DNA from: Planctomycetota bacterium
GTDB taxonomy: Bacteria > Planctomycetota > PLA2 > JAEUHO01
Assembly: GCA_050248855.1 (NCBI GenBank)
Contig: JBFWRP010000025.1
Coordinates: 1 to 64,000, forward strand
Direction of reading: 5' to 3'
Length of the DNA stretch: 64,000 nt
Positions 19,201-28,307 of this stretch are shown here, in pieces. A program made the position numbers and the translations under genes. The stretch's first letter is position 1, and each line of letters starts with the position of its first letter. The notes below the pieces were generated by a model that saw only the letters and a list, made by a program, of their open reading frames with translations, ran no database searches and was not told where the DNA came from.

Positions 19201-19462
19201 CGAACGTGGCCACGTCGAGCACCCCCGGCTCGGCCGTGAGCGCCACGGCGCCGAGGCTCGGGATGGTCGCGTCCGGGCCCGCCAGGCCGGGCATCGGCGT
19301 CCCACCGGCGCTGCTGCCTCCGCTGCTGCCGCCGCCGCAGCCGGCCTGCAGGGTGACGCATGTCAGGACGAGCACCAGCGAGCACGCGAAACGAAGCGAC
19401 GAGCGGCGGTGCGAGCCGCCTCCCAAGCAAGACACCATGCGGACCCTCCCGGCAGCCGCCAA
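16259..19462 (-). CDS. Secreted lipoprotein: choice-of-anchor-I (PhoA-associated) beta-propeller with an inserted phytase-like/esterase domain (start uncertain)
   Basis: LQAGC lipobox-like site and Gly/Ser linker; GALPDMV, ANEGEP, EPEY, QENNA, QPDTI, YGARSFSIW and RSDDKGPEPEG motifs; insert carries GGFSGL, DRGP, DLEG, DEYRP, NRGFE, DKPEG and NDNDF. Confidence 0.8.
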   Translation of the reverse strand: MAAAGRVRMVSCLGGGSHRRSSLRFACSLVLVLTCVTLQAGCGGGSSGGSSAGGTPMPGLAGPDATIPSLGAVALTAEPGVLDVATFAWSQTGGTGAVLVGADTPALGVRAPMGPATLTFRVTATTTGGDVFSDTVQVTVTGEAGVVFNHRSSFAVTSGGEAHAEVIAHHPGTQRVFIVNAADGRIDVYSIANVDAPLFLGTLTATLGGVTPNSVDVSGNLVAVAFENDAKQSPGTIHFYHAGTLAYLGQAPTGALPDMVGFSPDGTWCCSANEGEPNGVYTVDPNGSVTVVELDRTDPNALSILSTVTADFSAFNGDLAALRAAGVRLFGPGASVAQDMEPEYLAFNGDSTELLVTCQENNAFGVLDLATKAFTRIVPLGLKDWSSIAQPRVGTARIYTLPELPVLGTTTAGQDIRLGGFSGLHVRSVDGQGVWHLTVVPDRGPVAEPENVDMDAEAERPFALPGLGAQLVHLAVNPATGAVTVEGQLPLLRTDGVTPITGVSNVLATAPGLAGYDEEPVSLTGAPLALDPYGADLEGVVQLPDTTWWACDEYRPALYRFGANGHLIDRYVPAGIGAAFGTETLPAAYGQRRANRGFEAIAYDPTVDRIYAWIQSPLDNPDVANDANSKAGTLVRIVEVDPATGAVTGEYVQALDCTKSMDKIGDAVYAGETGTFFVIERDSSTGIDSAKKIAVVRLAGATDLADLDAGTYLALAGPGGLLDTLAPAELPGVDVTPVQKATYVDLAAYGYHATDKPEGLARLPDGRLLVINDNDFGLATSVLDTGTGLFAPAPATDSGTYLGVIDTLPAGFDGGDEDGPGGAPSIRIQSWPVHGMVQPDTIAGFACGEAWFYVTANEGDARAYDGFDEEARLRDNDVVLDPTVFPDAAVLRSSAELGRLRITLVGPSVPGTLADGDVDGDGDLDRIHAYGARSFSIWDENGKLVYDSADLLERITSRLAEQRFNQNGPGSFDERSDDKGPEPEGVAVAMIDGVPHAVIGLERYGGSMLFNLREPTLPRYVGFLDNPFDVSPEGLRFVAPADSPTGNALLLAAHEVSGTVAIYEILP

Positions 19463-19590
19463 AGCGCGGATGCACTCGGGTCGAGAGGCTGCCCGGACCG
19501 CGTGAAGCAGGAATGAACCCTGGATGTAGGGTCGATGCGCAGGGCGCGGCGGGCCCGTCCGCGCGCGTCACCGGAGGACACGTTCGGCCC

Positions 19591-20682
19591 ATGGCGACGA
19601 ACTACTGGGACTACATCCGCGTCGGGGAGCTGCTTCGGCTGCAAGAGGGCATCGAGGGCGACGAGGCGCGTCTTGCGGACGACGAGGTCGTGTTCATCGT
19701 GGTCCACCAGGTCTACGAGCTCTGGTTCAAGCTCGTGCTGCGTCAGCTGACCTCGGCGCGCGATGTACTGGCCCAGGAGGTCGTCCCGGAAGAAGCCGTC
19801 GCTGCTGCGTGCGCGGGGCTGGACCGCTGCGTGCGCATCCTGCGCGTGGCCGCCCACCACTTCGAGGTCGTAGAGTCCCTGCAGACGCGCGACTACCTGG
19901 CCTTCCGCGACAAGCTCTTCCCGGCCTCGGGCTTCCAGTCCGCCCAGCTGCGCGAGATCGAGATCCTGTTGGGTCTTCCCGCCGACGAACGCATTCCCTT
20001 CGGCTCGGACCGCGAGGCGTGGCTGGACGCCCTCAAGGACCACGAAGGCAGACGCGGCGAGGGGTGGGAGCGCGTGCAGGCCCGCTTGGCCGACCGCCCG
20101 AGCCTGCGCGAGGCCCTCGAGGCCTGGCTGGCGCGCACGCCGATCCGCGGTTCCTCCCCCGGCGAGGCGGGCGACGAGGACGTCGTGGCCGGCTTCCTCG
20201 CGGACTACCGCGCCGCCCACGAGAAGGCCGTTCGCCGGCTCGTCGCGTCGATCGGCCAGACGGCGGGCGTGTCCCCCGAGGCCTTGGAGGCCCGCCACCA
20301 GCGCGAGATCCGCGGCGCGCGCGAGTTTCTGGACGTCGCGGATCCTCGCTTGCGGCGCGTGCGCGCCGCCCTCGTCTTCATCGAGAGCTACCGCGAGCTG
20401 CCGCTCTTGGCGTGGCCACGCCAGCTGCTGGCCGGCGTCGTCGAGCTGGAGCAGGCGTTCACCATCTTCCGCCAGCGCCATGCGCGCATGGTGGAGCGGG
20501 TGATCGGTCGTCGCACGGGCACCGGGGGCAGCGCCGGCGTGGACTACCTCGACGAGACCGCCCTCAGGTACCGCGTCTTCCGCGACCTCTGGGCCGTGCG
20601 CACGCTGCAGCTGGCCGCCGACGACCTGCCGCCGCTCGCCGACGCGTCGTTCTACGACTTCCGGACGCCCGCGGATGCGTGA
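19591..20682 (+). CDS. kynA: Tryptophan 2,3-dioxygenase
   Basis: YWDY, FIVVHQVYELWFK, FRDKLFPASGFQS and RHARMVERVIGRRTGTGGSAGVDYL motifs. Confidence 0.92.
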   Translation: MATNYWDYIRVGELLRLQEGIEGDEARLADDEVVFIVVHQVYELWFKLVLRQLTSARDVLAQEVVPEEAVAAACAGLDRCVRILRVAAHHFEVVESLQTRDYLAFRDKLFPASGFQSAQLREIEILLGLPADERIPFGSDREAWLDALKDHEGRRGEGWERVQARLADRPSLREALEAWLARTPIRGSSPGEAGDEDVVAGFLADYRAAHEKAVRRLVASIGQTAGVSPEALEARHQREIRGAREFLDVADPRLRRVRAALVFIESYRELPLLAWPRQLLAGVVELEQAFTIFRQRHARMVERVIGRRTGTGGSAGVDYLDETALRYRVFRDLWAVRTLQLAADDLPPLADASFYDFRTPADA

Positions 20683-21052
20683 GCGTCTCGTCGGCACGTG
20701 GGCGGTCCTGCTCGCCCTGCTGCTTCTCCTGGACGCGTGCGGCGAGCTCGAGCCCGAGGAGCGGCGCGCGCAGCTCGAGGGCGTCTGGCGCAGCGCGCCC
20801 GTGGCGTCCGAGTTCGGCCTCGCCGTGGTGACGCTCGCCCTGCAACCTGACGGCACCTACAGCCTGCGCTTCGATCCCGTGGAGAGCGACCTGCCGGCCT
20901 GGACCGGCCGCGGCATCTGGCGCGTCGAGGATCGCTGGCTCGTGTTGGAGGGAATGCGCGAGCTGCGCCGCCACATGGCGCTCCGCGAAGACGCCCTCGA
21001 CCTCGCCGGCACCGGCAACGAGGCCACGTGGCGCTTGCACCGGGTGCGATAG
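20675..21052 (+). CDS. Hypothetical lipoprotein
   Basis: Hydrophobic leader ending in LDAC; overlaps the kynA stop. Confidence 0.6.
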   Translation: MRERLVGTWAVLLALLLLLDACGELEPEERRAQLEGVWRSAPVASEFGLAVVTLALQPDGTYSLRFDPVESDLPAWTGRGIWRVEDRWLVLEGMRELRRHMALREDALDLAGTGNEATWRLHRVR

Positions 21053-21157
21053 GCCCCCTCGCCTGCTCGCGGCGCCCCGCATGACGACACGATCCATGTC
21101 AGCGGAAGCGGTCCGCGCCGTCCTGGCAGCGCCGACGAACTACGGAACTACGGAACT

Positions 21158-22180
21158 TCAGCCTCCGATGTAGGACATCTCGATGCGGTCGTCGGGGCGG
21201 GTGGAGGCCGCGCGGAGCTCGGACCAACGATCGGTACGTGCGCCCCAGAGCGAGGTGAGCGCCGCGCGGAGGTCGTCGTCCGCGGCGCCGCGGCGCAGGA
21301 GCGTCTTCAGGTCGAATCCCTGCGTGGCGAAGAGGCAGGTGAACAAGCGCCCGTCCGCCGAGAGACGCAGTCGCGTGCACGTGCGGCAGAAGGGACGCGT
21401 GACCGAAGCGATGACGCCGATCTCGCCCGCGCCGTCGGCGTAGGCGTAGCGGCGTGCCACTTCGCCCTCCGTCTGGGCCGGCAGCGTGGTCAGCCCGAGC
21501 CCGGCAGCCTCGAGGCGCCCGATGATCTCCTCGGCGCCGACGACCTGCTCGCGACGCCAGCCGTTGGTGGTGCCGACGTCCATGAACTCGATGAAGCGCA
21601 GGATCGCACCGCGGCCACGGAACCAGTGCGCCATCGGCACGATCTGGTCCTCGTTGACCCCACGCTGCACGACCATGTTGACCTTGACCGGGCCCAGGCC
21701 CGCCACTTGGGCGGCCTCGATGCCCTCCAGCACGCGTGCCACGGGGAAGTCCATGTCGTTCATGCGCCGGAACAGGGCGTCGTCCAACGCGTCGAGGCTG
21801 ACCGTCACGCGATGCAGCCCCGCGTCGGCCAGCTCACGGGCCTGCGCCGCGAGCGCGGCGCCGTTCGTGGTGAGCGCCACGTCCTGGACGCCCTCGATGC
21901 GCGCAAGGGCCCGCACGAGGACGTGCACGTCGCGTCGCAGCAACGGCTCGCCGCCCGTGATGCGCAACTTGCGCACGCCCAAGCCGACCGCCAACCGTGC
22001 GAAGCGCTCCACCTCCTCGTACGTGAGCATGGCGTCGCGCGGCAAGAAGACGTGATCCGCGCCGAACACGTCCTTGGGCATGCAGTAGCTGCAGCGGAAG
22101 TTGCAGCGGTCCGTCACCGAGATGCGCAGGTCGCGCAGCGGCCGGCCGAGCATGTCCGTGAGGATGCGCGTCACGCCCAA
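21158..22180 (-). CDS. moaA: GTP 3',8-cyclase (molybdenum cofactor biosynthesis)
   Basis: [36 protein letters not shown]...C and C-terminal MSYIGG. Confidence 0.95.
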   Translation of the reverse strand: MGVTRILTDMLGRPLRDLRISVTDRCNFRCSYCMPKDVFGADHVFLPRDAMLTYEEVERFARLAVGLGVRKLRITGGEPLLRRDVHVLVRALARIEGVQDVALTTNGAALAAQARELADAGLHRVTVSLDALDDALFRRMNDMDFPVARVLEGIEAAQVAGLGPVKVNMVVQRGVNEDQIVPMAHWFRGRGAILRFIEFMDVGTTNGWRREQVVGAEEIIGRLEAAGLGLTTLPAQTEGEVARRYAYADGAGEIGVIASVTRPFCRTCTRLRLSADGRLFTCLFATQGFDLKTLLRRGAADDDLRAALTSLWGARTDRWSELRAASTRPDDRIEMSYIGG

Positions 22181-22214
22181 AGCCTACTCGGCCGTCCGGA
22201 GTCCATGGTCTCCA

Positions 22215-24323
22215 TCACCTGTCCGGAACCAGGGCATCGGCGGGACCGACGGGCTCGAAAGCATCGAGGAACCAAAGGGCCGGCTCCCCGTCGCCGGTGA
22301 CGGAGAGGTCGGCCTGCCAGTGGACGCTCCGCGCCTGGCACGTGCCCTCGTCCTGGCACAGCCATGCCTTGAGCCGTACGTCCACGGTGGTCGGCCCCTC
22401 GGCCAACGCAGGCAGCGTGAGCTCCGCACGACCGCCCACGAGCTCCGCGTAGACGGGAGCGCGCCCGCCCACGACCACACGCACGCGGGGCGTCGTTCCG
22501 GGCGAGTGCTTCCAGCCCGCGGGCAGCGGCTGCTCCACCACCAGCTGCACGGGCACGCCAGCCGCGAGGCGTTGGGCGTCCACGGCGGGCCGGATGTCAT
22601 CGGCCGACGGCGCGAACAGCTCCTCGGCGGGCACGGCCCCAGCGGCCTCCGTCACGTGCGTCGAGGGGATCGGTACGCCCACGAGCCGCAGGGTGCGCAC
22701 CTCGCCCGTGGTCGTGTCCACGCGTCGGATGGCGTGGGCGTTGGTGTCGGCGACCCAGAGCACGTTCCCCTGCGCCGCCAAGCCGCTCGGCTCGTCGAAG
22801 CGCACGGGATGGTCGGACAGGCCCGCTTGGCCGTCGCCCAGGACCGACGTGACGGTTCCGTCGGCTTGCACCGTCTTCAGCTTGTGGTTGTAGGTGTCGG
22901 CCACCCAGAGGCGGTCGCCGATCCACGCCAGCCCCAGGGGATGTTGGAAGCGGCGACCGTGGCCCGTGCCGTCCTCGTCGCCGAAGTGGAAGAGGTCGCG
23001 CGGGTTGGTGCTGGCACCGGCCAGGGTGAGGACCGTGCCTTCGGGGCGCACGACGACGACGCTGCTCGACTCGCTGTCCGCGACGTAGAGCGAGCTCCCG
23101 TCGGTCACGAGCGCGCTGGGCTGCGCGAAGGCCGCGGCGAATCGCTGCTCCGCGTCGAGCCGTCGCTCGCTGCCGTCGCCGGCCCACAGCGCGATCGTTC
23201 GCGCGCCGACGTCGTAGCGCCAGAGCTGGTGCGTGCCGGCCATGGCCACGAGCAGGCCGCCGTCGTAGGGCAGGACGTCCCACGGACTCGCGAGGCTGTG
23301 CGTCGCGGCCGGGTGGACGCCGGCGCGCTCCCAGCCCTGGGCGCCCGTACCCGCCACGGTGGTGACGAGGCCGCTCTCGAGGTCGATGTGGCGCAGCGCG
23401 TGGTTCCCGGTGTCGGCGACCCACAAGGCCTCACGCCAGACGACGAGCCCTTGCGGGCTGTCGAAGCGCGCACGGGGGGGCCCGACCTCGGCGCTGCCGC
23501 CGTCGACGAGCCCGGCCGTGCCGTCGCCGAACGAGCGCAGGAAGCGACCGTCCGTCGTCAGCTCGAGCACGCGATGGTGGCCGGTGTCGGCCACGTACAG
23601 GCGCTGGCCGTCGGGATGGACGGCGAGCTTGCCGGGGTAGGCCAAGCTGCTCGGCGGTCGGCTCGCACGCTCCAGGCGAATCGGCAGCTCGCGCGCGTTG
23701 GTCGGCACGCCGTCGGCCCGGGCGCGCTCCAGCAGGACGGTGATCAGCGCGTCGAGCGAGGCCCGGTGACCTTCGCCCGACAGGGACCCCACCACGCGAC
23801 CGTCGGGCGCCACGACGGCGAACGTCGGCCAAGCGCGGGCCCCGAAGGCGCCCCAGACCTCGTGCCGCGGGTCCGAGAGGACGGGGTGCTCGATCTCGTA
23901 ACGGCGCACGGCCTCGCGAAGCGCGCTGCGCTCACGCTCGCGGGCGAACTTCGGGCTGTGGACGCCGACGAACGCCACGGGCTGCCCGGCCCACTTATGC
24001 TCGAGCCAGGCCAGGTCCGGCAACACGTGCATGCAGTTGATGCAGCAGGTGCACCAGAAGTCGAGCACGACGACCTTGCCCTTCAGCTCGCGCTCGAAGG
24101 ACAGGGGAGAGGCCACGTTCAGCCACAGCGATGGGTCCTGGGGCAGGTCCGCTACGGGCTTGGCCTTGGGCAGCCGCTCGGCGACGACGTCCCGGGCCCA
24201 GGCGATGTCGTCCGGACCCGCGCCGCCCCCCGCCGCAGCGCCGTCGGGCGCCGCATGCACCGGGGGGAGTCCGCCGATGGCCAAGAGAGCCGCAAGCAGG
24301 GCGAGCACGGAAGCAATGCGCAT
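22215..24323 (-). CDS. Secreted thioredoxin-like plus NHL-repeat protein (NHLRC2/SOQ1-like)
   Basis: Signal peptide; LDFWCTCCINCMH, GVHSPKF, repeated ADTGNH/ADTYNH/P-G NHL repeats; C-terminal CQDEGTC. Confidence 0.88.
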   Translation of the reverse strand: MRIASVLALLAALLAIGGLPPVHAAPDGAAAGGGAGPDDIAWARDVVAERLPKAKPVADLPQDPSLWLNVASPLSFERELKGKVVVLDFWCTCCINCMHVLPDLAWLEHKWAGQPVAFVGVHSPKFARERERSALREAVRRYEIEHPVLSDPRHEVWGAFGARAWPTFAVVAPDGRVVGSLSGEGHRASLDALITVLLERARADGVPTNARELPIRLERASRPPSSLAYPGKLAVHPDGQRLYVADTGHHRVLELTTDGRFLRSFGDGTAGLVDGGSAEVGPPRARFDSPQGLVVWREALWVADTGNHALRHIDLESGLVTTVAGTGAQGWERAGVHPAATHSLASPWDVLPYDGGLLVAMAGTHQLWRYDVGARTIALWAGDGSERRLDAEQRFAAAFAQPSALVTDGSSLYVADSESSSVVVVRPEGTVLTLAGASTNPRDLFHFGDEDGTGHGRRFQHPLGLAWIGDRLWVADTYNHKLKTVQADGTVTSVLGDGQAGLSDHPVRFDEPSGLAAQGNVLWVADTNAHAIRRVDTTTGEVRTLRLVGVPIPSTHVTEAAGAVPAEELFAPSADDIRPAVDAQRLAAGVPVQLVVEQPLPAGWKHSPGTTPRVRVVVGGRAPVYAELVGGRAELTLPALAEGPTTVDVRLKAWLCQDEGTCQARSVHWQADLSVTGDGEPALWFLDAFEPVGPADALVPDR

Positions 24324-24468
24324 CGGCGCATCATCGCCGTGGCGCAGGGCCCACGAAGCGAAGGCGGCGGTGCCGGGCTCCTTGCGACGCGGGCGGCGCC
24401 CGAAGGGGCCTGGCACGCGGCCCGCGTCGCTGCGCGCCGCAGCCGCGAGCCGGGCACCTCCTCGCGTG

Positions 24469-25497
24469 TCAGTTGCGATAGCTCGTATGGCACTCGCTGC
24501 AGAGGTTGGCGAGGGTGACCATCTCCGCCTTGGCGGCGGCGTCGTCCTTGGCCTTGATCGCCGCGCCCAGGCGCTTGGCGGCCTCCTCGCTGGCCGTCGA
24601 GAGCTGGATGTAGACCTCGCCCAAGTCCTTGGCCTCCTCGAGGCGGGCCATCTCGCGGAACGCTTCCTCGAGCAGCAGGGCCTCGTGCGCGGGAGCGATG
24701 TCGGGATGTCCGGTGATGCGCACGAAGGCTTCCTTCTCCGCGGCCTTCATGTGCTCGAAGCGCTCGTCGATCGAGACCATGGCCGAGCGCACGCCCTCGG
24801 GCTTCACCGCGGACGGGAGGTCCTTCTCGGTGATCGCGTCAAGCTCGGCTTGCGTCGGCGGCGTGAAGGCGGCGACATCGCGGTAGAGCCCCGCGTAGTC
24901 CGGGCTCGTCTTGCTGACCTTCAAGCGCTCGACGGCCTCGGCCGGCGTGATGCCGTCCAGGGCGATCGCCGGCATGGCGCAACCGGCCGGACCCCGGTGC
25001 TTGCCGTGGTGGCAGTGGAAGAACACGGGCCCCTCGGACAGCTGCACGGCCTTGACCATCTTGATGGCGGCGTCGCGCGGCACACCGTCGTAGCCGATCG
25101 GGATGTGCACGTAGCGCAGGCCGTACTTGGCGGCCAGATCCACGTCCGGAACGGCACCGTCGACGCTCACGATCGTCGTGAAGCCGAGGCGCTTGAGGTT
25201 GGCGAACGCCTCCTCGCCTTCCGGCTGGGCGCCCTGGCCGATCCTGTCCGACCAGCGGTGGTAGCGGTGCACCCCCTTGGGGTCGCCGTGGTCGTCGACG
25301 GTGACGTCCTTGGGCAATGCCGGGTGGGCCTGGCCGTCCTGCTTGACCGGATCGGCGGACTTGGGCGCCGGCGCATCGCCGGCGACCGGGCCGGGCGGGT
25401 CGCACGAGGTCGGCGGTTCCTCGCCGGCGAAGAGCAGGCCGCCGCCCAGGGCGAGGCCCAGGACGAGGGCGGGAACGATGCGTTGGATGCTGACCAC
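24469..25497 (-). CDS. Exported PTP-fold (CX5R) domain fused to a C-terminal c-type cytochrome (cytochrome c'-like) domain
   Basis: Signal peptide; GFTTIVSVD, YVHIPIGY and HCHHGKHRG; helical C-terminal domain ending CSECH. Confidence 0.8.
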   Translation of the reverse strand: MVSIQRIVPALVLGLALGGGLLFAGEEPPTSCDPPGPVAGDAPAPKSADPVKQDGQAHPALPKDVTVDDHGDPKGVHRYHRWSDRIGQGAQPEGEEAFANLKRLGFTTIVSVDGAVPDVDLAAKYGLRYVHIPIGYDGVPRDAAIKMVKAVQLSEGPVFFHCHHGKHRGPAGCAMPAIALDGITPAEAVERLKVSKTSPDYAGLYRDVAAFTPPTQAELDAITEKDLPSAVKPEGVRSAMVSIDERFEHMKAAEKEAFVRITGHPDIAPAHEALLLEEAFREMARLEEAKDLGEVYIQLSTASEEAAKRLGAAIKAKDDAAAKAEMVTLANLCSECHTSYRN

Positions 25498-25533
25498 GCG
25501 AGGGACTCCGGTGCGATACGGGGGATCCCGAGC

Positions 25534-25548
25534 GCAACGGTCGTGCCA
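25534..25548 (-). promoter_or_regulatory. Putative sigma54 (-24/-12) promoter
   Basis: Minus strand reads TGGCACG-ACCG-TTGC, matching the RpoN consensus, ~37 bp upstream of the 25497 start. Confidence 0.7.
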
Positions 25549-25758
25549 CGGCCGGAATCCGGCCCTGGCGGCCTGGAACGTGACGCTGGCGATACACCTG
25601 CCCTCGAGCGGTTACGTCCCCGAGCCGCCGATCGGGAACGTGCCGGCGGTGGCTGCCCGATCCGGCGCAGCGGCACCGTCGGGCGCGGGGCCTGGCAACG
25701 CCGTGGGTCAACCGCGAGGCGGGAAGCCCGGGGCGGGCGAGGACGGCGACCGCGCGGG

Positions 25759-27933
25759 TTACACCGCCAGGCCGTTGCGGATGTCGACGACCTCGACCTC
25801 GCGCACGCTGCCGTCGATCTCGATGCGGCTCGTGTCGCCGCGGGCTTGGCCCATGAGGGCCTGCGCCAGCGGGGTCTGGTAGTTGAGGATGCCGCGGCCG
25901 GGGTCGGCATCGGGCGGGCCGAGCAGCGTGTACGTCCGCACGAGACCGTCGGTGTCCTTGACGTCCACCTGCGAGCCGACGCTGACCGTGTCGGTGCGCA
26001 CGATCTCGGGCGTGAGGATCTTGGCCCGAGCCACGTCGGACTCGAGCTGCCGGCTCTTGGCCTCCAGCAGACCCTGCTTCTCGCGGGCCGCGTGGTACTC
26101 GGCGTTCTCCTTGAGGTCGCCGAACTCGCGGGCCCGCGCGATCTCCGCCCGGTTGGCGGGCATCTCGACGTTGCGCAGCTGGTCGAGCTCCTTCTGCAGG
26201 CGCTCGAGGCCGGCCTCGGTCATGTAGATCTCGTGCCCGCCCACGGCCGCGGCTTCGGCCGCTTGGCCGCGCCGGTCGCGCAGTGCCGTCGGATGCAACC
26301 GCAGCACGATCTCCTGCAGCTTCTCCAGGAGGCGCGGCGTGAACGCGCGGTTCTGGCCGAGCAGCACCATCAGGTGGCGGGCGCCATCCTGGTCGGTGGC
26401 GGTGGCCGCCGCACGGACGATGGCGCCGTCCTGCGACTGGAGCACGTCGCAGAGCGTGGCCACGGCCTTGCGGTCGCCCGGCGTGCTCTTGCGACGCAGG
26501 CGGTATGCGACCGCGTCCGTCACCTTGAGCACGCGAACCGCGTGGCGGTAGGCGTCTTCGACGGAGCTGCCGAAGCGGCTGCGCCTGAGCCCCCGCAGGA
26601 ACCACGCGTAGAGGTTGGGGAGCTGCGCGGGGGCCTCGTCGATCTTGGCCAGCAGGCGCTGCAGGTGATCGGTACCCTGCCAGCCCTTGGCCCCCACCTC
26701 GGCCAAGACGGCGTCGTCCTCGAGCGCCAGCTCCAGCACGCGGTCCGGGCCCTGCGGGCCGCTCGCCAGCAGGCCCTCGCCCGCCATGCGGCGCGTGGCG
26801 TCGTCTTCGATCGCCCGCACGATGGAGACGGGATCGCTGGCCTCCGCCAGCACGCCGGCCAGGCGCTGGATCGGCTCGCCACCCGTCAGGTGCGCCTCGA
26901 GCAGGATCCAACCCACGCGGTCCTGCGAACGACGCGCGCGCTGCAGCTCCTTCTCGGCTCGGGCCGCCAACGACGCCACGGCTTCGGGCTGGTCCTTGAC
27001 GATGTTGCCCATCTCGCGCAGCGCGTTCTGGCGGTCGAGGTCCGTGGCCGAACGGTTCATGGCCTGCTCGATCTGCTGATCGAAGTCGGCCTGCGCGATG
27101 TCGTGGAACTCGACCTTGGGATCGCGCCCTTCCCCGACGACGAAGCGCGGGTCCAGCAGCGCGTGCTTCTTGGCCTGCTTCCACCACTCCGACCAACGCG
27201 ACGGCGCGACGGCATCGGGGACCAGGGCTTCCTTCAGGTTCTTGAGGTGCGCACCGTAGCTGTACCGGGAGAGCGCCTGGCGCAGCACTTCGAGGGGCTC
27301 TTGGCGCGCCCGCTCGCGCAGGGCCTTGGGGTCCTCCATGGCCTGCACGCGGATGTCGTCGGCCGAGACGCGCTCGAGCAGCCGCGCCGCAGCCTGCAAG
27401 TCCATCTCGTGGCCCTTGCGGTCCCGGAAGTCGATCACGCAACGTCCGCGATCGGGCTGCGTGGCGACGACCTTGCCGACGCCCCACCCGCTGCGGTGGA
27501 ACACGTAGGCACCGGTCTCGATGCCCAGCATGCGGTCCAGCAGGTCGATGGCCTCGGCGGGCGAATCGGCCGGAGCCATGAGCCCGCTCTGCTCGATCAA
27601 GGTCTCGAGGTCCTTGCGATCGCCGTGCGCCGTGCGCGCGGCCTCGAGCGCCGCTTGGCGCAGCGTGCCGTCGTCCGAGCCCTGGCGCGCAATGCCCGCA
27701 TAGACGGGAAGGAGCGCGGCGTGACGACCGCGCTCCTTCAGGGCATCGACCAGCAGGTGGAGGAGGACGCCGGCTTGGCGCTTGCCCCCCGGCTGGCGCG
27801 CCGCGAGGTCGGCGGCGTCGAGAAAGGGGGCGACGTCTTCGGCCCCGGCCTCGATCAGCTCGAACCAGAGCCGCTCCGCCCCCTCCGCGTCCTTGTTGCG
27901 GATGGCGCGGCGCAGATCCTGCCAACGGGCCAT
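25759..27933 (-). CDS. greA: Transcription elongation factor GreA with long N-terminal extension
   Basis: C-terminal AREFGDLKENAEYHAARE and TPLAQAL; ~560-aa N-terminal region with HRSGWGVG. Confidence 0.9.
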   Translation of the reverse strand: MARWQDLRRAIRNKDAEGAERLWFELIEAGAEDVAPFLDAADLAARQPGGKRQAGVLLHLLVDALKERGRHAALLPVYAGIARQGSDDGTLRQAALEAARTAHGDRKDLETLIEQSGLMAPADSPAEAIDLLDRMLGIETGAYVFHRSGWGVGKVVATQPDRGRCVIDFRDRKGHEMDLQAAARLLERVSADDIRVQAMEDPKALRERARQEPLEVLRQALSRYSYGAHLKNLKEALVPDAVAPSRWSEWWKQAKKHALLDPRFVVGEGRDPKVEFHDIAQADFDQQIEQAMNRSATDLDRQNALREMGNIVKDQPEAVASLAARAEKELQRARRSQDRVGWILLEAHLTGGEPIQRLAGVLAEASDPVSIVRAIEDDATRRMAGEGLLASGPQGPDRVLELALEDDAVLAEVGAKGWQGTDHLQRLLAKIDEAPAQLPNLYAWFLRGLRRSRFGSSVEDAYRHAVRVLKVTDAVAYRLRRKSTPGDRKAVATLCDVLQSQDGAIVRAAATATDQDGARHLMVLLGQNRAFTPRLLEKLQEIVLRLHPTALRDRRGQAAEAAAVGGHEIYMTEAGLERLQKELDQLRNVEMPANRAEIARAREFGDLKENAEYHAAREKQGLLEAKSRQLESDVARAKILTPEIVRTDTVSVGSQVDVKDTDGLVRTYTLLGPPDADPGRGILNYQTPLAQALMGQARGDTSRIEIDGSVREVEVVDIRNGLAV

Positions 27934-28098
27934 GAAGTCGCCTCCGTGAGAATCGGGGGAAGGCGACCTGTCCTACCGCCCATGCGCCTGCCCGGCCCCA
28001 AAATGCACGGCAGGTGCTGCGTCGCACGCGCGCCCGCGACAGGTCCGGACCGCAGCGTGGCCGGACTTTGGCACGTCCGGACGACCGGGCGACGAAGG

Positions 28099-28173
28099 TG
28101 GTACGCCCAAAGGGACTCGAACCCCTATCCCCGGCTCCGGAGGCCGGTGCTCTATCCATTGAGCTATGGGCGC
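28099..28173 (-). tRNA. tRNA-Arg(CCG)
   Basis: GCGCCCATAGCTCAATGGATAGAGCA-CCGGC CT CCG GA GCCGG-...GGTTCGAGTCC...TGGGCGTACCA cloverleaf. Confidence 0.95.
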
Positions 28174-28307
28174 ACGCGAGGCGGCATCCTACACGACACG
28201 CGCCGAGCGCCCTGCGGCGCGCGGGGCGACGCGTTCGGCACCGGCGTCAAGCGAGCGGGCGCTCAGAGCCTGGGAGGCCGAGCAGGAATGCAGGCCCAGC
28301 CTCTCAC

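Noticed and set aside
16301..19516. 1071-aa plus-strand ORF
   Set aside because: Antisense mirror of the choice-of-anchor-I gene
21135..21157. Short tandem GAACTACG repeat after moaA
   Set aside because: About 2.5 copies only; too short to assign a function
25759..27933. Long GreA as a novelty
   Set aside because: N-terminally extended GreA is already known from Chlamydiae, spirochaetes and related lineages
28099..28173. tRNA-Arg as an island integration site
   Set aside because: Flanked by core genes (greA, rluB), with no integrase or duplicated 3' end
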